DNA from: Dimorphilus gyrociliatus
Lineage: Eukaryota; Animalia; Annelida
Assembly (NCBI GenBank): GCA_904063045.1
Contig: CAJFCJ010000019.1
Span: forward strand, 1,689,700 to 1,753,699
Reading direction: 5' to 3'
DNA length: 64,000 nucleotides
Shown: positions 1 through 13,798 of the stretch, piece after piece
Layout: every line of letters begins with the position of its first letter
How positions within the stretch are numbered: position 1 is the first letter of the stretch
Program-made: the position numbers and the translations under genes
Notes under the pieces: model-generated
The model's database searches: none
The model's input: the letters and a program-made list of their open reading frames with translations, nothing else
Told to the model about the DNA's origin: nothing

Positions 1-1170
1 CCCATTTACCAGTGCTAGGTCTTCCTGTTCCCCAGCTTCCAGTTCCCCAGTCACCAGTGCTGGGTCTTCCTGTTCCCCAACTTCCAGTTCCCCATTTACC
101 AGTGCTAGGTCTTCCTGTTCCCCAGCTTCCAGTTCCCCAATCACCAGTGCTAGGTCTTCCTGTTTCCCAACTTCCAGTTCCCCATTTACCAGTGCTAGGT
201 CTTCCTGTTCCCCAGCTTCCAGTTCCCCAATCACCAGTGCTAGGTCGTCCTGTTCCCCAGCTTCCAGTTCCCCAATCACCAGTGCTAGGTCGTCCTGTTC
301 CCCAGCTTCCAGTTCCCCATTTTCCTGTACTGGGCTTTCCAGTTCCCCATTTACCAGTGCTAGGTCTTCCTGTTCCCCAGCTTCCAGTTCCCCAGTCACC
401 AGTGCTAGGTCTTCCTGTTCCCCAACTTCCAGTTCCCCAATCACCAGTGCTAGGTCGTCCTGTTCCCCAGCTTCCAGTTCCCCATTTTCCTGTACTGGGC
501 TTTCCAGTTCCCCATTTACCAGTGCTAGGTCTTCCTGTTCCCCAGCTTCCAGTTCCCCAGTCACCAGTGCTAGGTCGTCCTGTTCCCCAACTTCCAGTTC
601 CCCATTTACCAGTGCTAGGTCTTCCTGTTCCCCAACTTCCAGTTCCCCATTTTCCTGTACTGGGCTTTCCGGTTCCCCAATAACCAGTGCCAGATCTTCC
701 TGTTCCATATCTTCCAGTTCCCCATCTTCCTGTTCCCCATTTGCCAGTTCCATATTTTCCAGTTCCCCATCTACCTGTTCCCTGTTTGCCAGTTCCCCAC
801 TGGCAAACACATGGTCCACTAGTTCCCCAATCGCCTGTTCCCCAATCTCCTGTTCCCCAATCACTTGTTCCCCAATCACCTGTTCCCCAATCACCTGTTC
901 CCCAATCGCTTGTTCCCCAATCGCCTGTTCCCCAGTCACTAGTTCCCCAATCACCAGTTCCCCAATCACCAGTTCCCCAATCGCTTGTTCCCCAATCGCC
1001 TGTTCCCCAATCACCTGTTCCCCAATCACCTGTTCCCCAATCACTAGTTCCCCAATCACTAGTTCCCCAATCACCAGTTCCCCAGTCACTAGTTCCCCAA
1101 TCACCAGTTCCCCAATCACCAGTTCCCCAATTGCCAGTTCCCCAATCGCCAGTTCCCCAATCACTTGTTC
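1..1170. repeat. Coding tandem repeat with a 15-nt unit (ccagttccccaatca-like) and 45-nt and 165-nt higher-order periods
   Basis: Directly visible. The variant tttcctgtac recurs at 321, 486 and 651, exactly 165 nt apart. Confidence 0.95.
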
Positions 1171-1422
1171 CCCAACCATTTGTTCCGCGACCGCCTGTTG
1201 CCCATCCAGGTTGGTCGCTTTCACATGTAGGAATTGACGAATTCCAATATTCCCACCAAACCCAAGGTGGATAATCTACTGAAATTTCTGAAAGAAAGTT
1301 AAATGATTAAAACATTAAAAAGTTTTTTGATTCTTACTTCTTGATTCTGCATAGCTTTGAAGAAGAACAAGTAGCACAAGGAGACGGAGCAACATTGTGC
1401 TTGTCAGCCCTTGAATGTTCAT
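1..1422 (-). CDS. Putative secreted Trp-Gly-Thr pentapeptide-repeat protein (3' end runs off the window)
   Basis: Exon 1 has ATG at 1422 or 1395 and reads MLLRLLVLLVLLQSYAESR (signal-peptide-like). A 50-nt GT-AG intron (1337-1288, gtaaga...ctttcag) joins in phase 1 to exon 2, which reads KISVDYPPWVWWEYWNSSIPTCESDQPGWATGGRGTNG, then (WGT[G/S]D)n, GPCVCQ, and (WGTG[K/R/S]/PSTG[K/D])n, with no stop down to base 1. Confidence 0.75.
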
Positions 1423-2369
1423 AACCAAATAAAATATGACGACAAATAATTCTTATATCAATGTTCTCAATATTAACAATATTGATTGAAATTGAGAAAT
1501 TCTTTAATATATAGTTTAAATCAGAATGTATTAGATATTATTGTCAGGAAAACATATCAGGTCATATTAATTATTTTAGTGAATGTCATTCTTTAGTTAA
1601 AAGTTAATGAGTAGAATTGGTAAGTAGTGTACTTCTAATTACAAATAAAAAATAGAAGTTTTTTGCTTTTTCAATAGTTTCTTTAAAAGCTTAGTGGAGC
1701 CATCTATTGTACTTTATTTTTTTCTCTTCGCTGAATGGTCACTTGCCAAGTTATTTGCATTAAAATTTTCAATGTAAACAAATGGTCTCCTGTTTTCTCA
1801 GTAATGGAAGTGTAATTTGGCAAAAAGTCCATAGTAGATTAATTATATGAAATAAAATTTTAGTTTAGCAAACTAATTAAGTGTTTTTCTAAATTAGGTT
1901 TGCCGTAAAAAGATAAATATATTTGTAATAAGCTGAGGCCGGCAAAGTTAATTTGCATATGCGCAACAATACATATTTTGATCTTAATTCGTTTCTCTTA
2001 ATATTCGCTTGTAAGCGTTATAAAAAGTCTTTTTGTTGATTAACATCAACGTATACCATCATATTTCTTCAGAATTATTAAAAAACACATCTAAATAGTC
2101 CGCTCTTGGAGTTTATCGACAAAGAACTACTTTTGTTTCGTGGCTCAGTAACCAACTTCCGTTTCCGTTCCTGGTTACGCTTTCAGGGCTTGGGCCATTG
2201 ATGATTTCGATATATTAGCATAGGTCTGAATAGTATCAAAAACAGTTTATTCAGATATAAAACAAGACAAGTTCAACATGTTTGGCCTAGGTTAGTGAAG
2301 ATGACAAGGATCAATACAGTTTATTGTAATATGACGGCTAGTTTGGCGTTTTATTTTACAGAATAAGTT

Positions 2370-3608
2370 ATGTCTTTGAACGATCAACGATCGTCCACTC
2401 CACCTCTGCCGGCCAAGCGTGAATTGTTGAGGATTAGCGCTCAAGTTATGCGACGAGAGGACGCGACAAACCTATGGAAACCTCTTGGCGGAACGAACAT
2501 GTGCTCCGTCGCAATAAAACCGACTTCAAGCTATGAATATGTCATAATTGGGGAGGTTGAAGGAAAAATGGTGCTTCGCTGTCCTATTCGCAAAGATCTG
2601 CAATACTGTAAACCTATGCCTACATTTCATCATTGGTGCTCAGAGAAACAACGCTTCGGTTTAACATTTCAAAGTGTTACCGACGCTGTAGCGTTCGATA
2701 AATGTTTATCAGGGGCGATAGACAAGCTTATAGATGGTAAGTGTTGTTTTAATCTATTATTCTACTATATATCAACGCCTTTTCTTTCTATCTTACCTAT
2801 TTCTTTACTCGGACGTCTTTGGTAAGTAATACCTTGAAGAGTACCTACTCTTCGACTAATCTTTCCACTAGTTCATATATCTATTATGAATTTGTCTTCA
2901 TGTTCTAGATAAACTTCCGACAGACACAGACGATGGCGAAGTCTTCGTAGCTGTAGAACTCCCTTTAGGTCCTTATAAAAAGGAATCTCCTGCAAAGAGT
3001 GCTCCCTCTCGTCTTGCTTCACCTTTAAGTGATTGTCCTATTTCAAGTTCAGCTTCTCACTTGGAGAGGATACATTACGTCCGTAGAACCCCACCACCAC
3101 AGCCATCACCGAAAGGAACACATGCTCTATCTTTTGAGATGACTGAATATTCTTACGTCCATCTTGCACCTTCCTCGTGCAAATCAACGACTATTGACGC
3201 TTCCAGACGAAAATTAACTATACAATTAGATGGTAAAAATGCAGTCCGATGTACATATTGCAAAGAGTATTTTAATCCTAACAATAATACCCCTTGTCGT
3301 CGATATCCGGAGCCAAAATGTATTAGACAAGCAACATGTCTATGCTGTGCCGATTGTCTGGTAAGGGTATATTTGTTACGTTCTATTGTTTTCAATTCAC
3401 CTTTACTCATATTTACTCCATTCAGATATGTCGTCTAAAAGTAGTCGGATGGAAAAAGTGGTGTTTAATAACAGTACTAGCGTTCTTTCTACCTTGCATT
3501 TGCTGTTACCCTATCTTATCACTTTCATACCGTTGTTCTATGTGTTCACGGAAAATGCACAAACCTTCAAATCTACTATCAAGTAAGGCAGAATTCGCGG
3601 AGGATTAA
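2370..3608 (+). CDS. SPRED: Sprouty-related EVH1 domain protein (exons 2370-2736, 2909-3360, 3426-3608)
   Basis: N-terminal EVH1 with SPRED-type motifs (CPIRKDLQYCKPMPTFHHW, FGLTFQS..DA.AFD). C-terminal Cys-rich SPR domain (RCTYCKEYF, CLCCADC, LPCICCYP). GT-AG introns keep the frame. Confidence 0.9.
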
Positions 3609-4044
3609 TTACGCTGATGGCCCAACGATCTAATTATATAACTGATACTACCAGGAGTTCTTTTTCCGTTTTTGGTGCTCTCGTTCAAGGTTACTTCAAA
3701 AAGAAACTTAACCGCTCCTGCAGCACGTTCGTTTCAGGTAAACGGCTTATTGCAAACTGTCTTTTTCTTATAGGCTTTAGAAAAAATTCAGAATTGATTC
3801 GGTAACTTTTTTCGCATAAATATACAGTATATACATTTAAACTGCCATATTTTTTATTTTAAAATAATTTTAGTAGTCATTTTTGAGATTATTTAATGAA
3901 AATTGTAGCGCTGATGAAGCGAACTTTACCTCTTTAAACAATAATCAGTATATTAACCCTAAAACATAAACACAATAGTTAATGAAATTAAATAGAATTT
4001 CTTTCTTTATTCATTTATACATTCAATAATTTGCAAGAAAGTTT

Positions 4045-5796
4045 CTAAGACAATTCTTTATGACCCTTTTTTTCGAAATATTTAGGCTTATACTTCGAGA
4101 ATTTCCTATAAAAAAATTAATAAAACATTAAGTCAAGAGCAGTTGTAACTTGTAATATAAATATTATATTTAAACTTACTTGATACGCTTCCGAGGTTCA
4201 ATTATGTTCCTTTTGCAAAAACTATTATATCGATCCTTTAGCAAATCACCTTCAGGCTAAGTATTTAAATTTTACATAAGTAATAATTTCAAAAAGTGTA
4301 AATTTTCCCTAAATACTAACTTTTAACCTCCTCAAATTACTTTCCAATTCGTTACTTAGCTTCAATTCCACACTAGGTTCTTCATATCTGAATACAAGTA
4401 GTTTTATAACAAAAATTTTAAATGAGTGAGTGTTATTTTATAATTTTACTTTATAGATCCTAATTTTTTCGTTCTATTTTTTTTACTTTCGCTCATTTTC
4501 GCCTTCAGGCGTTTTCTCATAACTGAGGCCATTTTATGTTGATGGAGCTCTTCCTTAATTTGTTTCAGCCTTAAGGAATAGAAAGAAAAAAAAATAGATA
4601 ATTATTTGTTATTGGTTAATACAAACGTAAATACAACCTATAAATATCGTGGTTCTTTATTTTCTTTATTTTTTCTAATTTTTGAACTTTTTCCTGTAGT
4701 TTCCTCGCTTTTTCCTTCTTTCTTTGCTTTTCCGTTTTTTTATCTTCTCTACTAATAGTTGCTCTATGCGTAACTTGAACATCATCACTTTCATCACCGG
4801 AATCATCTTCCGCATCCTCATTATCAATAATGCCTCCGGACATTTCCTTGAGATATTCCTCTTCTGAAATAGGTGTCTTCGGGAACTTAGCATTCAGGGA
4901 ATTATAAATCTTTTGTTGTTCCTTTAATTTTTTCTTTTCGATTTCGGTTGCTCTTTTTAGCAATTCTTGGTGATCTTCAAATGTTGGATTATAAGAAGCA
5001 CCTGGATGTGGAGCTGTTATCGCTTCGATTTCAGACGGCTTTTTGTGATAAGTTTTTGGAGTTTTGACTCTCTTGGTTCTAGTAACTTTTAAGAAATGTT
5101 CATCGGGACTATTCATATCGTTATTTCCTGGAATTTTATAGCAGTTTGATTTTAGTCTTTTTTAGACTGTTTTAATGACAAAATCACTAACCGTCTTCTG
5201 CATCATTCCATATATCCTTAGAATTTCTTTGACGATTTACCTTCCGTTTTACAGGAACAGATTTAACAGTAGTTTTCTGTTAATATATCAACGTAAGTGA
5301 AATGAATAAAGTCATTTAAAAATATCTTATCTTACCGCAGTTTTCACTTTACTTGTTTTATTAGTTTTTTTCTGCGATCTAAAAAATTTTAAAATTAGAC
5401 ATGTTATATTTTAACTGAAAGATTAAACCTTTTAATCTGAGCAGCTTGATGATCAGGCAGCAAACCAGAAAAACACTTTAAAGGCTTGTTTGCATTGCGT
5501 TTTGAAGGTTTTAATTCAGCATTTGAATCACCCGGTTTTTTATCTATAAAAAACAATTCTTCGTTCTTTTTCTCTCTCGCTAAACCACTGGAATGAATAA
5601 AAACGTGCAAAACGTGCTTGTTTGAGCGATAATAGGGAGAATTACTAAACAGTTAAAGAACATACCCAGTTCTCTTTTGTAATGCCTCATCTTCAAGAAA
5701 TTCCTCAATTTCAGATATATTGACCTTTCTCCATGACTTTTTTTTGTTTTTGCTTAACTTTTTTCTTTTAGTCTTCTTCTCAAGTGTTGTATTCAT
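4045..5796 (-). CDS. NOP53: Ribosome biogenesis protein NOP53/GLTSCR2, multi-exon
   Basis: Starts MNTTLEKKTKRKKLSKNKKKSWRKVNISEIEEFLEDEALQKRTG. Contains APHPGASYNPTFEDHQELL and the C-terminal PEGDLLKDRYNSFCKRNIIEPR. Stop TAG at 4047-4045. Confidence 0.9.
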
Positions 5797-8700
5797 CTTG
5801 TTATTTTTCTTTTTTCAAAAAAAACTGGTAAATATCGTGAGTGTTGCTACAAAATTTTGTAGGACACTTACCCCCTCTATCGTGGTACGATATGTCCCAA
5901 TTGAAAGACGTAAATTAGTCGTTTTATGTGATTAAATATTCAGCTTTTTTTAAATAAATTATCTAATAATGTCATTTTTTAATATTTTGCCTATAAAAAG
6001 TTTAGATTACTAGAAAAATAGCAAATGATTAAAATTATGTAGATTATTGAAAAGTTTGAATATTTTTGATTGTAGAATATTTAAAAAAGTATTATCTTTT
6101 TTATTAATAAGAGATTTATGCTATAATTAATTTATGTGGAAAAAACTAGCGTTGTTATTTATAACTTCTAAGTTTGCCCGTAGCAAAAGCAAACCAAGAA
6201 ATTGTAATTAACGTTCTTCTCGGACCTCATGTTGCCTTCGATCATTAATAATACGCTAGATGCTTTTCGATGATTGACTTTATAACAAATTGTATTTTAC
6301 TGTTATTTTTACATCTTTAAAAATGCTTTCTAATTAAAAAAGCAAATTACTGATCACGAAAAGGAACTAGAAGGATTTAACAATTACTGACCTTTGTTGA
6401 AAATGATGTATGTATTGATAGTATATAAAAAAAGAGTTTTAAAAACTGATCGTTTCGAATCTTCTTTACATAAACTGTTGATTATTTAAAAGAGAGATTT
6501 TTATGTTGCCAGATATCAATAAAAAGTAGAATTTAATATAAATACATAAAAAATCCACTTGTTTGTCATTGAACACTGTATACAGTATAATAAGGAGACG
6601 AGAATTGAACAATATACCTAGTTCTTTCAATTTGAAAAAGTTTCTAGTTCATTGAATTATAGAATTATTCAATATCATTTGGTTTGAGATAGAAACTTTT
6701 AAAAGAGAATAGAGGGGAATCAGACATTTGAAATAAAATCAAGTTTTATATTTCCTGTGAGAGTCAGCTTGAATAAATCTTTTCTCTTTATGGAATATCT
6801 AATGAATTGTTTATTTGTTATATCGGCCTCTTGTAGTTTTGTGAATAAAAATTTACAGCATATTATTTTTTCATTTAAGTTTGTAGGTTGGCTACAAAAA
6901 CTTGTTAGAAATTCAGGTTATCGATAGATTCTACTAAGGCAAATTGTTTACAATAAACTTTTAACTACAAGTTACGTATTAGTATTTTTTTCTACCATTT
7001 ATAAGAATACTGCATAAAACTTATCAGATAACATTCAGAATGTTATAGTGTAGAACTCTTGATAATCATCTTTTCGAATTGCCCTCCGGGAAAGAACAAT
7101 CAGAAATTTGAAGTTTTTTTGAGTGTGTAGATGTTAGATAAACATAGCTAAAATTTCAAAATTAACCAACTATGCTGGCGAATGCTAAAGTAAAGTAGGA
7201 GTGAGAGATTAGGGCGTTTTTTTTTCCATGGGCAAAGTGATGGAGACAGAGACAGACAGTCAAAGAAACGGAGAGAGAAAGGAATCTAATGATCATTTTA
7301 ATTATTCTTAGTTTAGTAAAATTATTTTTGCCATTCGTAAAATTTTTAAAAGAACGTTTAATCTTCTATTTTATTGTTAGAATTAGAAAATAATTGTAAA
7401 AGTAACGAAAACGAAAATTAATTGTCTACTTTCATATTAATAATGGAAATTTGTCTAAAAAAATGTCTTTTTGTATTTCTTTTTTTATTTCGAGAATCAA
7501 TAACTTTCATTAATATAAAAATTCAATTGGAATTTATATTACTTGTTAAAAATGCCCGCTTATTGTAAAAGAAATAAATATCGCTTATACGGCTTTAATC
7601 AATTATAATAGCCTTTAGGAATAATTACTTCACAATTAATTTTAGTTATTACTGTTTTTTGAATAGCAATTCATATTTTTTCGCCTTGAATATGTTGACT
7701 GATTTAATGTTGGGGCTGTTTTTTCTTTAAAAAATAAATCACTACGTCTTCCAGATACAATTATTTCGAATAAATTATGTAAAACGTGCTAGATTGCACT
7801 TCCAGAAGTCAGTGGTGATTGAGGATCTAAATACGGGACTGAGATTAAACATACTGCAAAATAAATGGTAGTGTAGGTTATGTACATACTGAATGGATTG
7901 CTCAAGAAATTGAGAAGTTTCTAAGCTACTCATAATCAAAATAGAGAACGAGATGATAATCTCTTTGAAAGGAGGATCCTCTTACAATATACATTTCAAT
8001 ATCGGATTGAGGACATACAAAATTCTTAAGACTAGAAAGATAGAATTCACATTGTAATCTATCATTTGTAGAAAGCTTCATCATATATTTCAATTCAAGA
8101 CTATTGCCTGTTAAGTAGAAACGCTAATCCTTAATACGAATAAATTGATCCTTTCAATTTATTAATTATATCGAAAAGAAGTGATTTTAATAATTCTGGC
8201 AGTTCATTCGCTTTAAACTTTTGTAAGCGTCAGAGACTATTTATCCAAGCCATTTGAGATACGAGCTATCTTCGAAACAAGAATGAATGTTTGTACGCTT
8301 TTAATGTATAGTATGTGATATTATCTGTCACATACGATGACGCTTACTTATCTTTGCTAAGCTCTTTCAATGAGAGCAAATGCTTTAAAACTATCTAGTT
8401 CCTCTCCATCGTGCTTCACTCTTTTTATCTCTCTTTTTGTTGACAAAGTGATTCGCAGATTTATTTTTACGCTATTAGAAACGCTCGAATAGCGGTCTGG
8501 CGTTCAAATGGATAGCACAATTCCTTAATTGATGGCAAGAAAGAGGTACTTTACGATAAGCTGTAGATAAGCGCTTATAACATAGACCCTAGAGTACCCT
8601 CAACGTACCAACCAAGTCTAGTTGATCGGTCACTCTTTTCCATGGTTGTCTTAGTACTCACTCATCTACTTTGCTCTTGTCTTATCACCATTGGCAACAG

Positions 8701-8951
8701 TTATCGACCAATCTGTTATCCTCTTAATGTCTCTGCTAATGAGGTGTTCTTTTAAGAGTAATCCTCAAATGTCACATACAAAAAACTTTTCCAGATAGTC
8801 CAAATATATTACAAATATTGTTTTCTTTAAAGAAATTAGTCAAAAAAATAGAAATTTAGAATTTTATTAAATATTTCCACTATTTTCAACACAAAATATC
8901 CGCACCCTGTTAAAATTATGGTACTTTTAAGGTATTAGAGTTTCTTTTAAG

Positions 8952-10214
<1,263 letters not shown>

Positions 10215-10251
10215 ATAGACAAAAAGAACACGAGGTTTGTCGAGTAAATGT

Positions 10252-10259
10252 TATCGATA
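10252..10259. promoter_or_regulatory. DRE-like palindrome TATCGATA just upstream of RPIA
   Basis: Exact TATCGATA about 40 nt upstream of the first RPIA ATG, with near-matches around 10455-10480. DRE is a known housekeeping promoter element in Drosophila; function here is inferred. Confidence 0.35.
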
Positions 10260-13200
10260 TCGGTGGTTCTATTTTTTCTGTATCGGTTAGCAAGAAAATA
10301 GTTTTATATCTAATTATTATGTTCCCTATGAACGTGTAAAGCAACAAGGCTTAAAAAATAATAGTTGTATTACTAATTAGCGGTAGAATTAAAATTAGTT
10401 TAAGTAAATAAGAAGTAACTGCAGTTAACAGTGCATATATGAATAGAATCGAGTAGTATATCGATTCATTATCGATGTCTATCGAAGCGACACATAGTGA
10501 GATAGTTTTAGTCATGTGACAAAGATGGAAGCGGGAATTATGAAATTCTGATATTTAAACATAAAACCCTACACTAAGTCGTTGTAGGCGTGTACACCTG
10601 AAAGTATCTAAGCTTTTTCAAATTGATATCAGAAACTGCGTAAAACGTTATAAGTGCTTGTACAACAATACTTTAAATAACGTAGGAAAGATAAATCTGC
10701 TAAGACTTTCTGTTGTATAAAACATAAAAACACAGCATAAAAGGGTAGCTTATACAAAACAACATTATTTTAGGAAAAAAGTACTTAAAAAATATCTAAG
10801 AAGTAAAATCTATCTCCAAGATAAGAAATACTTAACAGTCAACAACAAAAAAACAATGCCGTACTCTTCAATTCTCATTTCAAAGAGTGCACTAATAAAA
10901 ATAATTATGGAATGTTTACGTTCTATTTTTACTTGCTTTCGTAGTTTTAATTAATAATTTCTCCTTTCTCAGTCGGGAGCAGACGTTCTCTTTTAAATTA
11001 ACGTTAAAATTTTAATGTCAATCATCGATGCTTTATGATATTTTCGTTTTGGTAGAGAATTATCATTGTTAATATAACTTAGAATAAGATTTTTGGTTGA
11101 AAAATTGGTTAGGAAATGAAAAATAGATGTGCTTTGTATGTGCTTGATTAGTTAGGTGTCGGCTAAGGGCTAGGAGGAATGAAAGAGGGAGGAATATTTT
11201 AGTTTGGTATAAAATCAGGAATGTTTCTTATGTCATCATTATTCAGCTTTCAGATACCACAATGAGAGAATAAGTTAAGAAGCTTTTAAATTGCAAAAGT
11301 CCTATAAAAAGGCTTGCTTTTTTCCATAAATAAGTCAGTTTTTACAACAGATTTATTAAACGAGAAGAGAGAATACTGATTTATAAATGATACAGATTCT
11401 TTTAGCCCTTCTTCTTTAAGATGTTAAAACCTCAGCAGCTATAAAAATTCCCGTCAATTAAGCTAAATTTTGCAAAAGGTTGGTATTAAGTAGAAAAGGA
11501 GTTAGTAGAGGAAATAGACAGAGCAGAAGAGAAGGTTGAAGGGTGGTGACTTTTTATTAAAGTAATTAAAAACAAAAGTATGGATATACTTATGCATTAA
11601 TCAAAAAGTCTGACGAATGCATTCATTTGGGATTAAAATACCGGAACCCATTTAGAAAAGCATACTTCCTGTAAGTAAAGGTACACTTAATGCCTTTTTT
11701 TCAAAAATTATTGCTGACTATACAATCATTTGATCGTTATGGATATTTATAACCTAAATAAAAGAAAGAAATTATCTCTAATCCATGTTTGGTTTATTCA
11801 GATTGAAATTAAAAGGAACATAGGATCGATTGAAGAGAGATTATTTATTCATGAATCATAGAAAAACTTTTACGTAATATTTATCATTTGTCTATTAATA
11901 GTTTGCTATATAAAATCTTTGCTTAATAGTTAATCAGAATGAGAATATACTTTAGTAAGAAAATTTCCGTTAATTTTCAAATTGAAGGAAATGGGATGGA
12001 ATGATAAAAATGTACTTTCTATGAATAATCAGTCACGTACACTTTAAGATTTGAGAAGGTTTAGAGTACTATTCGCTTGTCAGGAGAGACATTTTTAATA
12101 TTCTCCGAACAAAATCATGTTTTCTTGTGAAGGATAGAAAGTACGCTGTCTGTCAAATAAGGACATTGGCAAACTGAGCAGATCTTGTAATTGGCTGTGG
12201 TGTATTGGTAGAATAACAAATACAGAATCCAGGTTATAATCGTTTGAGTATCACCATTTCATCATATTCCAAATACGAAGGGAAAATTTTGTTTATTCTG
12301 TAACTCTAGAAGGAGATTTATAGCCCTTTTCCTCTCCTTTCAACGTTAACCGGTTGTCTGTCTTATATAGCATTCCCGCTTTCTCAGTTAGACACAGAAA
12401 ACTGGATAATAAATTAGGCATAGCGTCTTGCTCTTTTTTTTTTATTATATCATATAATTTTGAACTAATTATCTCTATTATTTATATAAAATAGATTAAT
12501 CTTACTATTACTATGTGCCATACGAAGTATAATCTGTCATATTACTTTAGGCTCCTATCACTTTCAAAATATTTTATTATCTTATGAGCTTTATAAGCAT
12601 ATTCTCGGTCTAATTAAGTTTGAAATCGATAATAAACGTTCCATCAACCATGCTATTGTCGTCTCGGAAATTGAACTTCTTTCGTTAAAAATTTCTACTC
12701 TTCTTGGCAAATCCTTATATTGGAGAGACATTAACACTATACACAATTAGACGCTGATTAGCTGAAATGGTGGTTGGCATAGGCGACAGATAGGCAAAGA
12801 GAAAAGGAGACAAGGGAGATGAAGAGGGAATGTAAGAATGAGAAAAGGGTAGGAGAGACGAAGAGTAGAATATATAAGGCGCTTACTGGTCTTGTATTAC
12901 TATATTTCCTAATAAATCAAATTCGATATGCTAATATATTGAATTTAATTTTCTATTTACTGCATTGTTTGTATCGTGTGATAAGGGAAATATTTTATAA
13001 ACAACTCTAAACTAGACCATCTTATTGGTTAATAATTAACGATTGTTTCTAAAGAACAGCTTATATTGAAAGCGATAATATTAATTTGATGGAATAATTG
13101 CATTTTTATTGCCCCATTTTAAGCTAGATAATCAATTATGTACAAATGATTGGTCTAAACACTACACGATCCCCAAGGATGGCACCGATTCTTTAAAGTA

Positions 13201-13798
13201 AACTTAGTGATCCATAAGGTGTTTAGACAACAGATCCAAATTTTCAGCCGCGCCATCTATCGACTCCGGATAACGAGGCAAACTCTATTTAGAGAATACT
13301 TGGAAAAAATATTTCGATCTAATTAAAGGATACAAAGTAATACTATTCTAATCTTATGACGTAAAATTAATCATTGATCACAATATATTATCAACATATT
13401 TAAATATGAATAAAGGATTTTTAGAATTTAATTATGCAACTATAAACAAAGTATTTAATATCTTGTTTACAATAGAAAAATATTTATAGATTATTACATT
13501 TTCCCTTGTTTATTATTTAAAAAAGAGGTATTTCTAATAACTATAAAAAAAGAGAAAATTCAAAGAAATAAAAGACAAGAGCATTTGAAAGCATATTATT
13601 TACATCGTAGACTAATAGAATCTTTTGCCTGCCCTTTCATTTAGTATAATGCGTTAGGTAAAGTATGACATTCATACTTCTTGGAAAGGTTAAAGCATTA
13701 CCAACTCATTTAAACCTGGACTATCAAATACAAGTATTCGTTTATTTTGGTTTTATTATTAAATTAGCTACTATTGTCTTTTTTGATTCTCGTTATTT

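Noticed and set aside
1-1170. CRISPR-like array or Argonaute-binding GW/WG hook protein
   Set aside because: There are no unique spacers, the context is eukaryotic and the repeat is coding. The WG density resembles AGO hooks, but the N-terminal signal peptide argues for secretion. Reconsider if the signal peptide is not confirmed.
12-1274. Plus-strand Pro/Val-rich ORFs (PVPQ repeats) listed in the ORF track
   Set aside because: They are the antisense shadow of the repeat. They have non-ATG starts and are broken by a stop at 681-683, whereas the minus strand has a signal peptide, a canonical intron and an uninterrupted frame.
8642-8755. 37-aa plus-strand ORF with a hydrophobic N-terminus (MVVLVLTHLLCSCLITIG...)
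   Set aside because: Too short, with no splice or homology support; within chance expectation.
13204-13284. Possible alternative last exon of the tetraspan gene (SLPRYPESIDGAAENLDLLSKHLMDH*)
   Set aside because: It has an AG acceptor, but the only in-phase upstream donor (cct|gttgac) is weak, and the gene already has a stop at 13801-13799.
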